Below, piece by piece: positions 37,777 to 50,152 of a stretch of 64,000 nucleotides of DNA. A program made the position numbers and the translations under genes. A model generated the notes under the pieces. That model had not been told where the DNA came from. It searched no databases and saw only the letters and a program-made list of their open reading frames with translations. The stretch spans positions 96,001-160,000 of the forward strand of contig JBBQUR010000002.1 of the NCBI GenBank assembly GCA_038212275.1. Direction: 5' to 3'. Each line of letters begins with the position of its first letter. Position 1 is the stretch's first letter. Source of the stretch: Planctomycetota bacterium. Its GTDB lineage: Bacteria > Planctomycetota > B15-G4.

Positions 37777-38399
37777 GATCGAGTGAGTCCGCTGCCGCGA
37801 AGTGTGTCGAGTGCACGCGCATCGCCCGGGCGCGCCTGCACGGATGGAACACGTGCCGTAGCGGTCCGGTCTGCCGCGATCGGGACGTCAGCGTCGCTTC
37901 GCTGGCGTCCGTGGAGCGGCTCGACGCCGGGCGTCGGCCTGCTCCGGTCGCATCCACACCGATACGAACAGTGGATCACGTAGAGCGGCGGCGGTCGCGA
38001 TCGGTCCGGCGCGCTGCTCGGAGCGCAACTCACCGGCGCGGCCACGAGAGGCCGGAACGAAGGCATGCGCTCGAGGAAGGCGTGAGCCGCCCCATGATCG
38101 GCGCCCATGTCCGGCTTTGCCGGCTCGCCGACGAGGACATCCGAATCCGCGCAATGGCAGATGTCAGCTGGTCGCTCGTTGCCGAGCCGCGGGCAGCCCG
38201 AGGCCGGCGCCGCACGCTCATGCGTCGTGCCGTCTCGTTCGGCGGCGCAGCACGCGCTCGTGCGGGCCGCATGCCCGCCGGATCCTTCTTTCCCGTCGCA
38301 ATCGCACCAGCCGATGCGCCCGCCCGTGGCGATGGCCAGCACGAGCGGCGCCATCAACCAGAACGTCCACGGTCTGTGCATCAGGAAGGACGATCTCAT
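37773..38399 (-). CDS. Cys-rich hypothetical protein leading the metal-efflux operon
   Basis: Hydrophobic N-terminus; CDC, CC and CHC motifs; RSRPPPLYVIHCSYRC. Confidence 0.55.
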   Translation of the reverse strand: MRSSFLMHRPWTFWLMAPLVLAIATGGRIGWCDCDGKEGSGGHAARTSACCAAERDGTTHERAAPASGCPRLGNERPADICHCADSDVLVGEPAKPDMGADHGAAHAFLERMPSFRPLVAAPVSCAPSSAPDRSRPPPLYVIHCSYRCGCDRSRPTPGVEPLHGRQRSDADVPIAADRTATARVPSVQARPGDARALDTLRGSGLTRS

Positions 38400-38505
38400 G
38401 AGGCTCGCGACACTAGCACGCAGTGCCGAGCGGCGCACATGGCTTCGGGCACTTTCCGCCGGTCACGCCTCACGTCGACGCCGAGACGGAAGGCGGCTCA
38501 CGGAC

Positions 38506-38676
38506 TCGGAGCTTCACCGTCCGCAAGCGCAGTGCGTTGCCGCTCACCGGGACGGAACTCATGCTCATCGCCGCGCCCGCGATGAGCGGGCTGAGCAGCA
38601 GGATGATCGGGCTGAGCAGCAGGCCGAAGAACGCGTGGAGCACCCCCGCTGCAAGCGGAATACCCGGCGCGATGCC
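38506..38676 (-). pseudogene. 3' remnant of a second copper P-type ATPase
   Basis: GIPLAAGVL..GLLLSP..AGAAMSMSSVPVSGNALRLRTVKL, with a 21-bp internal duplication at 38581-38622. Confidence 0.8.
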
Positions 38677-38915
38677 GACTTCGGCTCCCCGCCTCGGTGG
38701 GCATCGGACAGGTGCAGACCTGCCCGGCCGCCGAAAGGGCGGCTGGCTGGGCGGCGCGATGCAGCGCCGCGCCCGATCGCGCCGGTCTCCTGCTCCCGAC
38801 TGCCGGCACGAATGCCTGCGCCGAGCCGTTTCTACAAAGCGGTCTGCACGCACGCGCGACTCACGTCGCGGTCCGGCTCACTGCCACGGCGCCCACGCCC
38901 GCATGCGTCGCAGGA

Positions 38916-39101
38916 CTATCCGCAGCAGCTGCCGGCTTTGGGATCCACCTTCGAACCAGCCGGCGCAGCGAGGAACTTCTGCTGGCAGCGGCTGCTGCAG
39001 AAATAGAATGTTTTTCCATCGCGGTCGGTGTGCAGAGCGGTTTTTTCATCCACGGCCATTCCGCAGACGGGGTCCTTGTTCACGACTTTGGGTTCTTTCA
39101 T
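38916..39101 (-). CDS. Stand-alone YHS-domain protein
   Basis: KDPVCGMAVD...FYFCSSRCQQKF...SCCG. Confidence 0.85.
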   Translation of the reverse strand: MKEPKVVNKDPVCGMAVDEKTALHTDRDGKTFYFCSSRCQQKFLAAPAGSKVDPKAGSCCG

Positions 39102-39160
39102 GGTCTTGTTCCTGTTTCCTGGGACGGAGCAGCATGTGGCTCCGTGGTTGTGTCAAGCCT

Positions 39161-39280
39161 TCACGACGAAGACTTCCTGGACACCCTGCTGAAGATGACG
39201 ACGAGCAGCGCGGCTACAGCCAGGCCGAGCACGGGCCAGATCCACATCTGGCCGTCCATCCATCCCTCTGCATGATCCAT
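39161..39280 (-). CDS. 39-aa single-pass membrane protein
   Basis: Manual translation MDHAEGWMDGQMWIWPVLGLAVAALLVVIFSRVSRKSSS. Confidence 0.6.
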   Translation of the reverse strand: MDHAEGWMDGQMWIWPVLGLAVAALLVVIFSRVSRKSSS

Positions 39281-39334
39281 CACGAGGCACCTGCCTTTGT
39301 GCTGCGATCAGCCCGATTCGGACGATCCGCGCGG

Positions 39335-39493
39335 TCAGGCTCGCTTCGCGCGGAAGCCGCCGGCCAGAAGGATGATCAGGCCGACGAGCAGCACCAGCCC
39401 GAGCCCCCCGCCACCGTAGGCCGGCCCTCCGAAATAGTAGCCGCCACCACCGAACAGAAGCAGGAGAACCACGACAAGGACAAGTGTGTTCAT
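39335..39493 (-). CDS. Small Gly-rich membrane protein (DUF3309-like)
   Basis: MNTLVLVVVLLLLFGGGGYYFGGPAYGGGGLGLVLLVGLIILL. Confidence 0.75.
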   Translation of the reverse strand: MNTLVLVVVLLLLFGGGGYYFGGPAYGGGGLGLVLLVGLIILLAGGFRAKRA

Positions 39494-39609
39494 GGGAACG
39501 ATTCCGAAAGAGGAAAGACTGGCAGGCGAGATGGCGCCCTCGGGAAGACAACAGCAAGTCGCGCTCCAATGGCGGCAAGTCCGGAGGCGGACCCTGAGGC
39601 GGGCGTCAC

Positions 39610-42600
39610 TCAGGGCGACGCGCCTATCGCCGCATGGCCCTGCTGCGGCTTGCCGGTCGGCAGCCAGTCGCCGAGGACGACGTGCACGACGTGCCTGCCG
39701 CCATCCTGCACGCACGGGATGGCGGTGGCGGGGACGCTCACGCCATCGAGAGTCGTCGTCGCAACGCCTCGGCAGCGTCGCTCGGGATTGGTCACCGTGA
39801 TCTCGTGCCGCGTGCCGCGATGCACCCAGGTGAGTTCGAAACCAGGCCACGTGGAAGGGATGCACGGGTCGATCGAGAACGTGTCGCCGCGGAGTTGCAG
39901 GCCGAGGATGCTCTCGAGGCCCGCGCGATACAGCCAGCCCGCGGAACCCGTGTACCAGCTCCAGCCGCCCCGCCCCACGTGCGGCGCCCGCGCATAGACG
40001 TCGCCCGCGACGACGTAGGGCTCGGCCTTGTAGCGCTCCACGTCCTCCGGCGTGCGCGTGTGGTTCACCGGATTCAGCATGTGGAACAGCTCCACCGCTT
40101 CGTCGCCGCTGCCCAGTTTCGCGACGGCCATCAGGAACCACACGGCCGCGTGCGTGTACTGGCCGCCGTTCTCGCGGACACCAGGCGGATAGCCCTTGAT
40201 GTAGCCGGGCTCCTGTGCGGACACGTCGAAGGGCGGCGTGAGCAGCAGCACGAGTTGCGGGCCGCGGGCGACGAGCGCCGCGCGCACGGCGTCGAGCCCG
40301 CGCTCCGCGAAACGCACGGGCACCGCCCCCGTGAGCACGGCCCAGGACTGCGAGAGCGAGTCGATGCGGCATTCGTCGTTCTGCTGTGAGCCCAGCGGCG
40401 AGCCGTCGTCGTAGTAGCCGCGTCGGTACCACTCGCCATCCCACGACTGCTCGAGCGCCGCGGCGAGGCGCTGCAGCTCGTTGCGGTAGCGGCCGGCGCG
40501 CGGGCGCTCCGCACGCTCATCGCACAGCGGCACGAAGCGCGCGAGCACCTCGTGCAGGAACATGCCGAGCCAGGTGCTCTCGCCTCGCCCCTCGGCACCG
40601 ACGCGGTTCATGCCGTCGTTCCAGTCGCCGGCGCCGAAGAGCGGCAGCCCGTGCGCCCCGGACGTGAGCCCCTTGTCGATGGCGCGCACGCAGTGCTCAT
40701 ACAGCGTTCCGCAGACCGCGGACACGGTGGGCTGGCCGTAGGCCTCGTGCGCGTCGGCGGCAAGCGGCGGCGCCTCCAGGAACGGAAGGACCTCGTCGAG
40801 AACCGCCGTGTCGCCCGTGGTGCGCACGTATTCGGCGACGGCATACGGCAACCACAGCAGGTCGTCGGAGCAGCGCGATCGCAGCCCGCGTCCGCTGGGC
40901 TCGTGCCACCAGTGCTGCACGTCGCCCTCCACGAACTGTCGGGCCGCCGCGCGCAGCAGGTGCTCGCGCGTGAGGTCCGGCCGCGTGGAGAGCAGCGCGA
41001 GCACGTCCTGCAGCTGGTCGCGGAAACCGAAGGCGCCGCCCGGCTGGTAGAAGCCCGTGCGCGCCCAGAGCCGGCAGCTCACGCTCTGGTAGAGCAGCCA
41101 GCCGTTCATGAGCAGATCGAAGGAGTCGTCGGGCGTGCGCACCTGGATGGCGCCCAGCGTGCGGTTCCACGAGGCCTCCACGGCTGCCAGCGCGTCACGC
41201 GCCGCGTCCACGTTTCCGTGCCGGCCGAGAAGCCGCCGGGCGTGCGCGGCATCGCGCCCCTGGCCCAGCAGGAAGAGCAGCGTGTGGCTGGCGCCCGGCG
41301 CGAGCTCGACGGACACCTGCAGGGCCGCGCACGGGTCGAGCCCCGCGCCGAAGCCTTCCGAGAGCGTGGCGCGTTCGAGCGCCGCCGGATGCGACAGCGT
41401 GCCGTTGCGCCCGATGAACGAGCGCCGGTCTCCGGTGGCCGATGCCGGCGCCTCGCTCGAGAAGGCAAAGGCCACGTGGCCGGCGAAGTCATCGTTGTAG
41501 GCGCTCTGCGCGAACACGGCGCCGGTGGCCTCATCGCGCGACGTGAGGACGTGGAGGCGCTGGCCCTCGCGCGGCGGTCCGAGAATCCAGTCGTTGTAGG
41601 CGTAGACGCTCAACTGCCGCGTGACGCTGTCCGTGTTGGTCAGCGTGAGCAGCGAGTGCTTCAGCGGCTCGATGGCATCGACGAAGACGACCAGTTCGTG
41701 GCCGATGCCGCGCGTCGTGCGCGAGAAACGCGTGACGCCCGGTGCGTGGCGGATGACGATCGGGCCGTCGTCGGCCGCGCGCTCCATCGGCCCGGGCGTC
41801 GGCGACCAGGCCTGGCCGGTGCTCTCGTCGCGCACGAAGAGTGCCTCCGCGCTGCCATCCGTGACGGGGTCGTTCGTGAACGAGGTCAGGCGGTTCTCCC
41901 GGCTGTTGTGCGCCCAGGTGTGCGCGGCGCCGGACGCCGTCACCAGCGTCCCGAACTCCGGGTTCGCGAGGACGTTGACCCAGGGCAGCGGCGTCTCCTC
42001 CGCGCCGCGCAGCACGATCGTGTAGGCGCGGCCTCCGTCGGTGAAGCCGCCGCGTCCGTTGGGCAGCATGAGGTCCGGCGCCGGCGCGTCCGCCTCGCCG
42101 GGTCCGCCGTCGCGCGCTCCGTTGCGCGCTCCATCGCGTGATCCGGCACGCGCCGGCATCCCGCCGGACGTGATCAGCGACGTGAACGACGGCGCGGGCG
42201 CGGGAAGCGGCTGGAACAGCGGCTCGAAGGCGGCCGCCGTCGCGATGCCGTCGGGCTCGTGCAGGCGGTCGAGCTGGGCGCGCAGGTTGCCGCGGTCGCC
42301 GGAGAGCACGGCGCGCGCCACTGCCTTCAGCAGCGTGCGTTCGGCGCCGCTCATGCGGTCGGCACGCAGCAGATATGCGCCACCGGGCCGGTGCCTGGAG
42401 CTGCGCCACGGGCCGTTGTCCAGCAGCCCGGTGAGCTGTGCATGCACTTCGTCCATGTAGCCGAGCGGATGCTCGTTCAGCACGACGACATCCGCAACCA
42501 GCCCCTTGAGGCGCCAGTACTCCTGCGCCTGCAGCACCTGCCGCACCAGCGAGAGGTCGTCGTCCTCCACCACGCGCACGAGCAGGATCGGCAGGTCGCC

Positions 42601-45600
42601 GGAGATGCCGAAGGTCCACAGGCCGGGCTGGCCCAGCTCGCTGGCCGCGAGCGTGGCCGCGTCGGCCCGCAGCGAGGCGTCGACGTACAGCACGCGCGAC
42701 GCGAGTCGCTCGAAGAGCAGGGCGTCCTCGCTCGTGATCTCGAGGTGGCGCAGTCCGCTCCGTGCGTGCGTGAAGGCCAGCGCGAAGGTGCGGGAAGCGG
42801 CGACCGGGTCGTGGTACTTGCGCGCCAGCGCCTCCGCCGTCTCGCGATCGCTGGCGATGCCGGTCGCGAAGCACAGCCGCACCGACGCACCCGGCGCCAG
42901 GCGGATGCGCAGCCGCAGGCTCAGGATCGGGTCGAGCACGAAGCCGGTGGTGCCCGACAGCGCGCGGCCGTCGAGCGCTGCGGGCGAGCGCGTGTCGCGG
43001 CCGCGGCCGAGGAAGCGCGCCCGGTCGGTCTCCCATTCGACGGAGCTCTGCAGGCGGCCCTCGAGGCTGAGCACGTGCACGGCCCAGCGGCCCGGCTCGC
43101 GCGCGTCGCGCGGCCGCCGTTGGCACAGCAGCGCCGTGCTGTCCGGGAGGTACTCCGTGTGCAGGAAAAGCTTGCCGAAGGCCGGGTGCGCCAGGTCCTC
43201 CGCCTGCGCGGCGAGCACGACCTCCACGAGACTCGTCACGTCGATCTCGCGCACGCGCGGACCGTGATTCGACACGCGCAGCCGGCGCACCTCGATGTCG
43301 TCCTCGGTGGAGACCGCGACCTCGAGCTGGGTGGAGATGTCGCCGTCGCGGCGCCGGAAGGTCGCCTCCTCGGGACTGAACTCGACGAGGTAGTCGTCGG
43401 GCTCGTGCGCGGTGGGCAGGTAGGTCGCGGACCAGAGCGTGCCGTCGCGCACGTCGCGCAGGTAGATGCACGAGCCGCCCGGGTCGCAGGTCGCATCGCT
43501 TCGCGCGCGCGTGACCGCGAGGCCTGCGCTGAAGCTGCTCCCGCCGCCGGCGTTCGTGACCACCGTGACGAAGTTCCCGTTGGACAGGAACTGCGCGTGC
43601 GGAAACACGGTGTGCGGCGAGCGCACGCGCCGCACCGGCAGCGCGGGCAGCGGCGCCACCACGCGCATGTCGTCCAGCGGGCGCGGCTCGATCGCCGGGA
43701 CGTGCCGCGGCACGCGCTCCTGCAGCAGCAGCTCGGTGGCCTGCACGCGCGGATCGGCGTGAAAGCGCCGCGACATCGGCTCGCCGCACAGCGCGTTGCA
43801 GAGCGCGACGAGCGTCATCCCGGTGTGGTGAGCAAAGAAGGTCTGGACGACGACACCGACCTTGCCGTCGCCCGCCGGCGCGCCCTCGCGCGCCTCCGCG
43901 TCGCGCTGCGTGTAGTCGATCGACTCGAACAGGCCGTAACGGCCGGCCAGCCCTGCGGCCCCCAGGCGGCGCAGATTGGCGGCGCACTCCGCGGGCGCGA
44001 TGCTCGCGGCCAGCGCCGAGGCGTATGGGGCGACGACGAGGTCGTCCCCCAGCCCGCGCTTGAGCCCGAGGCCCGGCACGCCGAAGGCCTTGTACTGGTA
44101 GGTCTCGTGCCGGTCCACGACGTTGTATGCGCTCTCGGAGACGCCCCACGGCACGCCGCGCGCGTGCGCGTACTCCAGCTGCCGGCGCACGACCATGCGC
44201 GACGACTCATCGAGCAGCGTCTCGGGATAACTGCGCATGACGAGCCTCGGCATGAGGTACTCGAACATCGAGGCGCTCCACGACAGCAGCACCGGCGTGC
44301 CGTGTACGGTCGTCACCGAGCGGCCGAGGTGGAACCAGTGCGTCTGCGGCACGTCGCCCTTGGCAATGGCGAGGAAGCTCGCGACGCGTGCCTCCGACGC
44401 GAGCAGGTCGTAGAAGGACGCATCCGGGCGGCCCGGATTCTCCGCGTCGGCGAGCCGGTAGCCGATGGTGAAGAGCTTCCGCTCCGCATCGAAGAGGAAG
44501 CGGAAGTCCATGCGGTCGAACAGTTCGCCGGCGCGCGCGGCGAGCGCCGGCAGCCGGGCGTCATCGCCAAGCTCCGGCAGCGCCGAGGACAGCGTGAGCA
44601 GCGCGCTGGCCAGGTTGCCGCTGTCCACGGTCGACACGTATTTCGGGAGCAGCGGCTCGAGCGTGCGCGTGTCGTACCAGTTGAGCAGGTGGCCCTGGAA
44701 ATGCTCCAGCCCCTCCAGCGTGGACAGCGTCGCGTCGAGGCGCACGATGAGCGCCTCGGTGTCGATGAAGCGGAAGTCGTGCGCCGCGAGCGTGGCCAGC
44801 AGAGACATGCCGATGTTGGTCGGCGACGTGCGGTGCGCCACCGTCTCCTGCGGCACGAGCTGGATGTTGTCGGGCGGGAGGAAGTGGTCCTCGGGACCCA
44901 CCAGATCCCGGAAGTATTCCCAGGTCCGCAGCGCGAGCTCGCGCAGGAAGTCGCGATCCGCCTCGCTCAGCACCGTGGTGCGCACCGTGACCGGGAGGCT
45001 GAGCACGTACGCCAGGTACGGGGCGGCCAGCCACGCCGCCAGCAGCGGCCACGCCACGTGCAGCGCCGCAGGCTTCACCGCGAGCAGCAGGCCCAGCGAA
45101 GCCAGCGCGATGGCCGGGCTGGCGATCATCGTGCGCAGGAAGACTCCCACGCGCGGTTGGCCGACGCGATGCGCACTGGCGGCTGCCGTCTCCCACTCCA
45201 GCAGCCGGTGGTGCGTGAAGAACAGGCGGATCACCGTGACGAGGATCGCGTGCACCATGTCGGCCGCCTGGTGCGCGAGACAGGCCAGCTGGAGTGCGCC
45301 ACGCGCCGCCACCGGGCTCAGCTCATCGAAGCCGCCGCTCGCCCAGGCGCGCCACGTCTCGCCCGCCACCGGACCGGCCAGCGCACGCAGGAGCTGCAGC
45401 AGCACCGGCAGCGCGATCGGCGCGAGCACCATGGCGGTCCACGCCCACGGGCGCCCGGGCAGCAGCGTCCAGCCGCACAGAAGCGCGGCGATCGTCGCCG
45501 GCGCCGACAGGCTGCGGCGCAGGTTGTCGAGGATCTTCCAGCGCGCGATGAATGGCAGGCGGTTGCGCTCGATGCCATGGCGCGTGGGCACGAACGGGAA

Positions 45601-47949
45601 CAACCACCACAGGATCTGCCAGTCGCCCCGCACCCAGCGGTGCTGGCGGCGCGCGTGCGCGAGCACGCTGGCCGGATAGTCGTCCACGACCTCCACGTCG
45701 GTGACCAGCGCCGTGCGCGCATAGAGGCCCTCGAACAGGTCGTGCGAGAGCAGTGCGTTCTCCGGCACGCGCCCCGCGAGCGACGCGACGAAGGCGTCCA
45801 CGTCGTAGAGGCCCTTGCCGGTGTAGACACCCTCGTGGAACAGGTCCTGGTAGGTGTCGGAGACCGCCGTGGTGTAAGGGTCCACGCCGGTGTGGCCGGC
45901 GTAGGTGCGGGCGAAGAGCGAGCCGGCCGCGCTGGCCATGGTGACGCTCACGCGCGGCTGCAGGATGCCGTATCCCCCGGTCACGCGCCCCGCCACGCCG
46001 TCCACGTGCGGGCGGTTGAGCGGATGCTCGATGATGCCGATGAGTTCGCACGCCGCGTCGCGCGGCAGTCGCGTGTCCGAGTCGAGCGTGAGGCAGTAGC
46101 GCACCGACGGCAGGATGGACAGCTCGCCGACCTGCGTGGCGAAGCTCGTGTCGGTGGCGCCGCGCAGCAGCCGGTTGAACTCCTCGAGCTTGCCGCGCTT
46201 GCGCTCCCAGCCCATCCACGCGTGTTCGCGCTCGTTCCAGCGACGCTCGCGATGGAACAGGAAGAACCGGTCGGCGTGCGCCGGGCCGAAACGCCGGTTG
46301 AGGGCCTCGATGCCCGCGCGCGCCGCGTCGAGCAGCGCGGCGTCGCCGGGCAGCTGCGCCGAGTCCGCATCCACGAAGTCGCTCAGCAGCGCGAAATGGA
46401 TGCACGGATCCGTGTTGCCGAGCGCGAGCACCTCCAGATGTTCCAGCAGGTGCGCCACGCCCGACAGGTTCGTGAGCAGCGTCGGCACGACGACCATCGT
46501 GCGGGCGCTCGCGGGAATGCCCGTCTTGAAGCTCATGCGCGACAGGCGCCGCGGCGGGATCGCCCAGGCCGCGACGCGCTGCACGAGGCCGATGGCCAGG
46601 TCCGCGCAGGGCAGCAGCAGCAGCAGCGCGGCCAGCGCCATGGCGGACCGCGAGGCGCCGGCCTGCCACGCGTACCCGGCCGTCGCCGCGACCAGCAGCG
46701 CCGTCAGCAGACCGATGGGCAGCAGATACACGGGCGTCGGGTGCGCGAAGACGAAACGACGCAGCCGGCCTCGAAACTTCGGCCGACAGGCGACGTCCGC
46801 CTCGAGCCGGGCTCGCCCGCGGTCGATCAGGTGGTAGCCGACGTGCGTCGCAGCAGTCTGCGCCGCGACACTCTGCGCGGCCTGCCGTGCGCTCTCGATG
46901 GCGCGCAGCGCGACGCGCACCTGCGCCTCGCCCGTCGGCGCGGCCAGCTCCTCCACGGCCTGCCGCTGCCGGTCGCGGCTGAGGAAGTCCATCTGGCCGT
47001 AGGCGCCCGCCGGATCGCGCTGCAGCACGCGCTCCACGAGACTGACGGACTCCACGTACTTCGGCCAGTCGAGCACGGAACACAGCCGCAGGCTGGTGAT
47101 GGCGTTGGCCACCGACACCTGCGTGGCCGCCTGGCGCTGGTGCTCGCTGCGCACCTCGTCCTCCGCGGTCGCGTGCCGCGACGCCAGGTGCGCGTCGATC
47201 GCCGTGCGCACCGAGGCAAGACGCGGCCCGTACTCGCGCAGACGGTGCAGCAGCTGGACGACATACGCGGCGCCGGGCGACACCGGCAGCGAGCACGCCA
47301 GAAAGCCGCCCGCGCTCTCCAACCGCGACACGTATCCGTCCGCGGCCAGGCGCTGCCTGCGCGACTCCGTGATGCCGTCCGAGAGGCGCCGCAGGTTTTC
47401 GACGAGCGCAAGCCGCAGCATGCTCGGCCACGCCCACAGCTCGCCGATGGTGAGCGGCGCCACGCGCTGGTAGCTCTCCACGAAGAGCGTGAGTTGCTGC
47501 AGCGTCAGCCGGCTGTCGCTGTGCCGCAGCAGCTCCACCGCCATGGCATAGATGCGCGCTTCTCCGTCGTGCTCGCGCGAGGCGAGTCGCGTTAGCTCCC
47601 GGTAGTAGGTTCGCGGCAGGTTGCGCCGCACGTCCCGGATCTCGGAGGACAGCAGGTGGAAGTTGTCCAGCAGCCACTCGGCCGCCGGCGTGACGAAGCG
47701 GGAGGCGCGCACGTCGGACGCCAGCGTGAGGTAGGCCTCACGCAGGACCCGGGCGTTGTCCTCGAAGCGCGGGAAGATGTCGCGCGCGCGGCGCTCGGCA
47801 TCCAGCGTGAAGCTGGCGCCCAGCGACAGCGCACGCTCCTCGAGCCGCTCCATGCTGAGCAGTTCGTCGCGGAAGGGCTTGTCCGGTTCCGGCGCGCTCC
47901 CGCCCAGCAATCGTCGGAGGGCTCGAATCAAGGCAGCCTCCCGGGACAT
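39610..47949 (-). CDS. ndvB: Cyclic beta-1,2-glucan synthase (Cgs/NdvB/ChvB) with C-terminal GH94 phosphorylase
   Basis: [81 protein letters not shown]. Confidence 0.95.
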   Translation of the reverse strand: MSREAALIRALRRLLGGSAPEPDKPFRDELLSMERLEERALSLGASFTLDAERRARDIFPRFEDNARVLREAYLTLASDVRASRFVTPAAEWLLDNFHLLSSEIRDVRRNLPRTYYRELTRLASREHDGEARIYAMAVELLRHSDSRLTLQQLTLFVESYQRVAPLTIGELWAWPSMLRLALVENLRRLSDGITESRRQRLAADGYVSRLESAGGFLACSLPVSPGAAYVVQLLHRLREYGPRLASVRTAIDAHLASRHATAEDEVRSEHQRQAATQVSVANAITSLRLCSVLDWPKYVESVSLVERVLQRDPAGAYGQMDFLSRDRQRQAVEELAAPTGEAQVRVALRAIESARQAAQSVAAQTAATHVGYHLIDRGRARLEADVACRPKFRGRLRRFVFAHPTPVYLLPIGLLTALLVAATAGYAWQAGASRSAMALAALLLLLPCADLAIGLVQRVAAWAIPPRRLSRMSFKTGIPASARTMVVVPTLLTNLSGVAHLLEHLEVLALGNTDPCIHFALLSDFVDADSAQLPGDAALLDAARAGIEALNRRFGPAHADRFFLFHRERRWNEREHAWMGWERKRGKLEEFNRLLRGATDTSFATQVGELSILPSVRYCLTLDSDTRLPRDAACELIGIIEHPLNRPHVDGVAGRVTGGYGILQPRVSVTMASAAGSLFARTYAGHTGVDPYTTAVSDTYQDLFHEGVYTGKGLYDVDAFVASLAGRVPENALLSHDLFEGLYARTALVTDVEVVDDYPASVLAHARRQHRWVRGDWQILWWLFPFVPTRHGIERNRLPFIARWKILDNLRRSLSAPATIAALLCGWTLLPGRPWAWTAMVLAPIALPVLLQLLRALAGPVAGETWRAWASGGFDELSPVAARGALQLACLAHQAADMVHAILVTVIRLFFTHHRLLEWETAAASAHRVGQPRVGVFLRTMIASPAIALASLGLLLAVKPAALHVAWPLLAAWLAAPYLAYVLSLPVTVRTTVLSEADRDFLRELALRTWEYFRDLVGPEDHFLPPDNIQLVPQETVAHRTSPTNIGMSLLATLAAHDFRFIDTEALIVRLDATLSTLEGLEHFQGHLLNWYDTRTLEPLLPKYVSTVDSGNLASALLTLSSALPELGDDARLPALAARAGELFDRMDFRFLFDAERKLFTIGYRLADAENPGRPDASFYDLLASEARVASFLAIAKGDVPQTHWFHLGRSVTTVHGTPVLLSWSASMFEYLMPRLVMRSYPETLLDESSRMVVRRQLEYAHARGVPWGVSESAYNVVDRHETYQYKAFGVPGLGLKRGLGDDLVVAPYASALAASIAPAECAANLRRLGAAGLAGRYGLFESIDYTQRDAEAREGAPAGDGKVGVVVQTFFAHHTGMTLVALCNALCGEPMSRRFHADPRVQATELLLQERVPRHVPAIEPRPLDDMRVVAPLPALPVRRVRSPHTVFPHAQFLSNGNFVTVVTNAGGGSSFSAGLAVTRARSDATCDPGGSCIYLRDVRDGTLWSATYLPTAHEPDDYLVEFSPEEATFRRRDGDISTQLEVAVSTEDDIEVRRLRVSNHGPRVREIDVTSLVEVVLAAQAEDLAHPAFGKLFLHTEYLPDSTALLCQRRPRDAREPGRWAVHVLSLEGRLQSSVEWETDRARFLGRGRDTRSPAALDGRALSGTTGFVLDPILSLRLRIRLAPGASVRLCFATGIASDRETAEALARKYHDPVAASRTFALAFTHARSGLRHLEITSEDALLFERLASRVLYVDASLRADAATLAASELGQPGLWTFGISGDLPILLVRVVEDDDLSLVRQVLQAQEYWRLKGLVADVVVLNEHPLGYMDEVHAQLTGLLDNGPWRSSRHRPGGAYLLRADRMSGAERTLLKAVARAVLSGDRGNLRAQLDRLHEPDGIATAAAFEPLFQPLPAPAPSFTSLITSGGMPARAGSRDGARNGARDGGPGEADAPAPDLMLPNGRGGFTDGGRAYTIVLRGAEETPLPWVNVLANPEFGTLVTASGAAHTWAHNSRENRLTSFTNDPVTDGSAEALFVRDESTGQAWSPTPGPMERAADDGPIVIRHAPGVTRFSRTTRGIGHELVVFVDAIEPLKHSLLTLTNTDSVTRQLSVYAYNDWILGPPREGQRLHVLTSRDEATGAVFAQSAYNDDFAGHVAFAFSSEAPASATGDRRSFIGRNGTLSHPAALERATLSEGFGAGLDPCAALQVSVELAPGASHTLLFLLGQGRDAAHARRLLGRHGNVDAARDALAAVEASWNRTLGAIQVRTPDDSFDLLMNGWLLYQSVSCRLWARTGFYQPGGAFGFRDQLQDVLALLSTRPDLTREHLLRAAARQFVEGDVQHWWHEPSGRGLRSRCSDDLLWLPYAVAEYVRTTGDTAVLDEVLPFLEAPPLAADAHEAYGQPTVSAVCGTLYEHCVRAIDKGLTSGAHGLPLFGAGDWNDGMNRVGAEGRGESTWLGMFLHEVLARFVPLCDERAERPRAGRYRNELQRLAAALEQSWDGEWYRRGYYDDGSPLGSQQNDECRIDSLSQSWAVLTGAVPVRFAERGLDAVRAALVARGPQLVLLLTPPFDVSAQEPGYIKGYPPGVRENGGQYTHAAVWFLMAVAKLGSGDEAVELFHMLNPVNHTRTPEDVERYKAEPYVVAGDVYARAPHVGRGGWSWYTGSAGWLYRAGLESILGLQLRGDTFSIDPCIPSTWPGFELTWVHRGTRHEITVTNPERRCRGVATTTLDGVSVPATAIPCVQDGGRHVVHVVLGDWLPTGKPQQGHAAIGASP

Positions 47950-47999
47950 CGCGGAGCGAGCACGGAGCCACGCTGGCTCCGCAGCCCACGCATCCACAT

Positions 48000-48016
48000 A
48001 GCAAGCCGCATGCCAA
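48000..48016 (-). promoter_or_regulatory. Sigma-54 promoter of the glucan synthase gene
   Basis: Minus strand TTGGCATGCGGCTTGCT = GG-N10-GC, about 50 bp upstream of ATG 47949. Confidence 0.7.
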
Positions 48017-48221
48017 AGCCTGCGTGCCCCCGCACCGTTCGGCACGACGCGCGTGGGACCGGATGCCGGCGTCACGCGGCACCGACCGCCGCAGGTGCGT
48101 GGCGCCGCATCCCGACCGCACGCGGGTTCTACAAATCACTGCGCGCGTTGTCGCGGGCCCCCGGATCCCACCGTGCCGCCGGGGACGGCGAGGGGCGCGG
48201 CTCTCCGCACACTCTCTCGAT

Positions 48222-49910
48222 TCACGCCTTCCGCTGCGCTTCGGTCGGCGAACGACCCGCGCCCTGAGCCACGGCCAGCGCGGCGGTCACAATCCTCCGC
48301 GCTTCCTCGGCGATGCTGCGCAGGTGCGCCGCGTCGGCAAAGCTCTCGGCGTAGATCTTGTAGATGGCCTCGGTGCCGGACGGGCGCGCCGCGAACCATC
48401 CGCTTCGCGTCACCACCTTCACTCCGCCGAGAGAAGCCTTGTTCCCCGGAGCGCTGGTGAGAATGGCTTCGATCGGTTCGCCGGCCAGTTCCTCGAGTTC
48501 AATCTGCGCCGGCGACAGCTTCGCCAGCAGCTTCTTCTCGTCCGGCGTGACCGGAGCCTCCGTGCGATCCTGGAAGGGCTCGCCCAGGTCGCGGGTCAGG
48601 CTGCGGTAGATCGAGCCGGGGTCCTCGCCCGCGCGCGCCGTGATCTCCGCGGCGAGCAGACAGGGGATGAAGCCGTCCTTGTCGGTCGTCCACACGCGAC
48701 CGTCCCGCCGGAGGAAGGACGCGCCCGCGCTCTCTTCGCCCCCGAAGCCCAGCGAGCCGTCGAGCAGGCCGTCCACGAACCATTTGAAGCCCACCGGCAC
48801 CTCGAAGAGGCTGCGGCCGAGGCGCCTGGTCACGCGATCGATCATCGAACTGCTGACCATCGTCTTGCCGACCGCTGCGGTGACGGGCCACCCCGGGCGA
48901 TTCCGGAAGAGCTGGTCGATCGCCACGGGAAGAAAGTGATTGGGCGGGAGGAGTCCGTCGCCGGGTGTGACGATGCCGTGCCGATCATGGTCGGTGTCGC
49001 ACGCGAACGAGAGATCGAAGCGGTCCTTCATCCCGATGAGGCGTGCCATCGCATGAGGCGAGGATGGGTCCATGCGGATCTGGCCGTCCCAATCCACGGT
49101 CATGAAGCGGAAGGTGGGATCGACCGCGTCGTTGACGACGGTCAGGTCCAGCCCGTGGCGCTCCGCGATCCGCGCCCAGTAATGGACGCCGGCGCCGCCC
49201 AGCGGATCGACGCCAAGCCGGAGCCCTGCGCCGCGGATGAGGTCCATGTCGACGACATGGCCGAGGTCGTCGATGTAGCCGGAGAGATAATCGTGCCGGT
49301 GCGTCGTCGCCGCGCGCAGCGCCTGCTCGTGGGGCACGCGTTTCACGTCCGCAAGCCGGGCTTCGAGCAGCGCGTTGGCGTGCGCCTCGATCCACTCCGT
49401 GATGGCTGCCTCTGCCGGTCCGCCGTGCGGCGGGTTGTACTTGAAGCCGCCGTCATGCGGCGGATTGTGCGACGGCGTGATGATGATGCCGTCGGCGAAC
49501 CCGTCGTGTCGCCCGCGGTTGAAGGCCAGGATCGCGTGCGAGATCACCGGAGTGGGCGTGTATTCGTCCGCTTCGGCGAGCATCACGTCGACGGAGTTCG
49601 CCGCCAGGACCTCCAGCGCCGTGGCGCAGGCCGGGACCGACAGCGCATGCGTGTCCATGCCCAGGAAAAGCGGGCCGGTGATCGCGTGGCTTGCGCGGTA
49701 GCGGCAGATCGCCTGCGTGATCGCGACGATGTGCGCTTCATTGAAGGCCCGGTTGAACGACGAGCCGCGATGCCCCGAGGTACCGAACGCCACGCGCTGC
49801 GCCGGCACGCCAGGGTCGGGCCGGTCCGTGAAATACGCGCTGATGAGCCGCGGCACGTCGACCAGGATTCCGGCCGGCGCCGGCTTGCCGGCCAGCAGGC
49901 TGATGTTCAT
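48222..49910 (-). CDS. pgm: Phosphoglucomutase (glucose-1,6-bisphosphate dependent)
   Basis: FGTSGHRG, TPSHNP, DTDHDR, GEESAG, RPSGTE. Confidence 0.96.
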   Translation of the reverse strand: MNISLLAGKPAPAGILVDVPRLISAYFTDRPDPGVPAQRVAFGTSGHRGSSFNRAFNEAHIVAITQAICRYRASHAITGPLFLGMDTHALSVPACATALEVLAANSVDVMLAEADEYTPTPVISHAILAFNRGRHDGFADGIIITPSHNPPHDGGFKYNPPHGGPAEAAITEWIEAHANALLEARLADVKRVPHEQALRAATTHRHDYLSGYIDDLGHVVDMDLIRGAGLRLGVDPLGGAGVHYWARIAERHGLDLTVVNDAVDPTFRFMTVDWDGQIRMDPSSPHAMARLIGMKDRFDLSFACDTDHDRHGIVTPGDGLLPPNHFLPVAIDQLFRNRPGWPVTAAVGKTMVSSSMIDRVTRRLGRSLFEVPVGFKWFVDGLLDGSLGFGGEESAGASFLRRDGRVWTTDKDGFIPCLLAAEITARAGEDPGSIYRSLTRDLGEPFQDRTEAPVTPDEKKLLAKLSPAQIELEELAGEPIEAILTSAPGNKASLGGVKVVTRSGWFAARPSGTEAIYKIYAESFADAAHLRSIAEEARRIVTAALAVAQGAGRSPTEAQRKA

Positions 49911-50152
49911 GGCTTTCCTTTCTCCGGCGCACCCTGAAGGGCTGCCGGCTTCGTCGTCAGGTCTCGGTTCAGCACGATACCTGCATGGCCGCCTGCGCCG
50001 GCCTCAACCTCTACTCCGCATCAGTTCTCGCTACCCACACGAATGCCTGAAGACCCGAACAATGTAGGCAGTCGCTTACGGGCCCGCGTTCCGCGGCATG
50101 CTGAATCCACGCGCGCAGTCCCGCTGGAGTCGGAGCCGAAGCTGAAGCTGAA

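Larger units (their letters stand above)
32144..50152. mobile_element. Putative genomic island carrying copper resistance and cyclic glucan synthesis
   Basis: Bounded by direct repeats; all genes on the minus strand; no integrase recognised. Confidence 0.6.

Noticed and set aside
47950..48075. Longer ndvB start given by the ORF track
   Set aside because: Overlaps the sigma-54 promoter; ATG 47949 fits better
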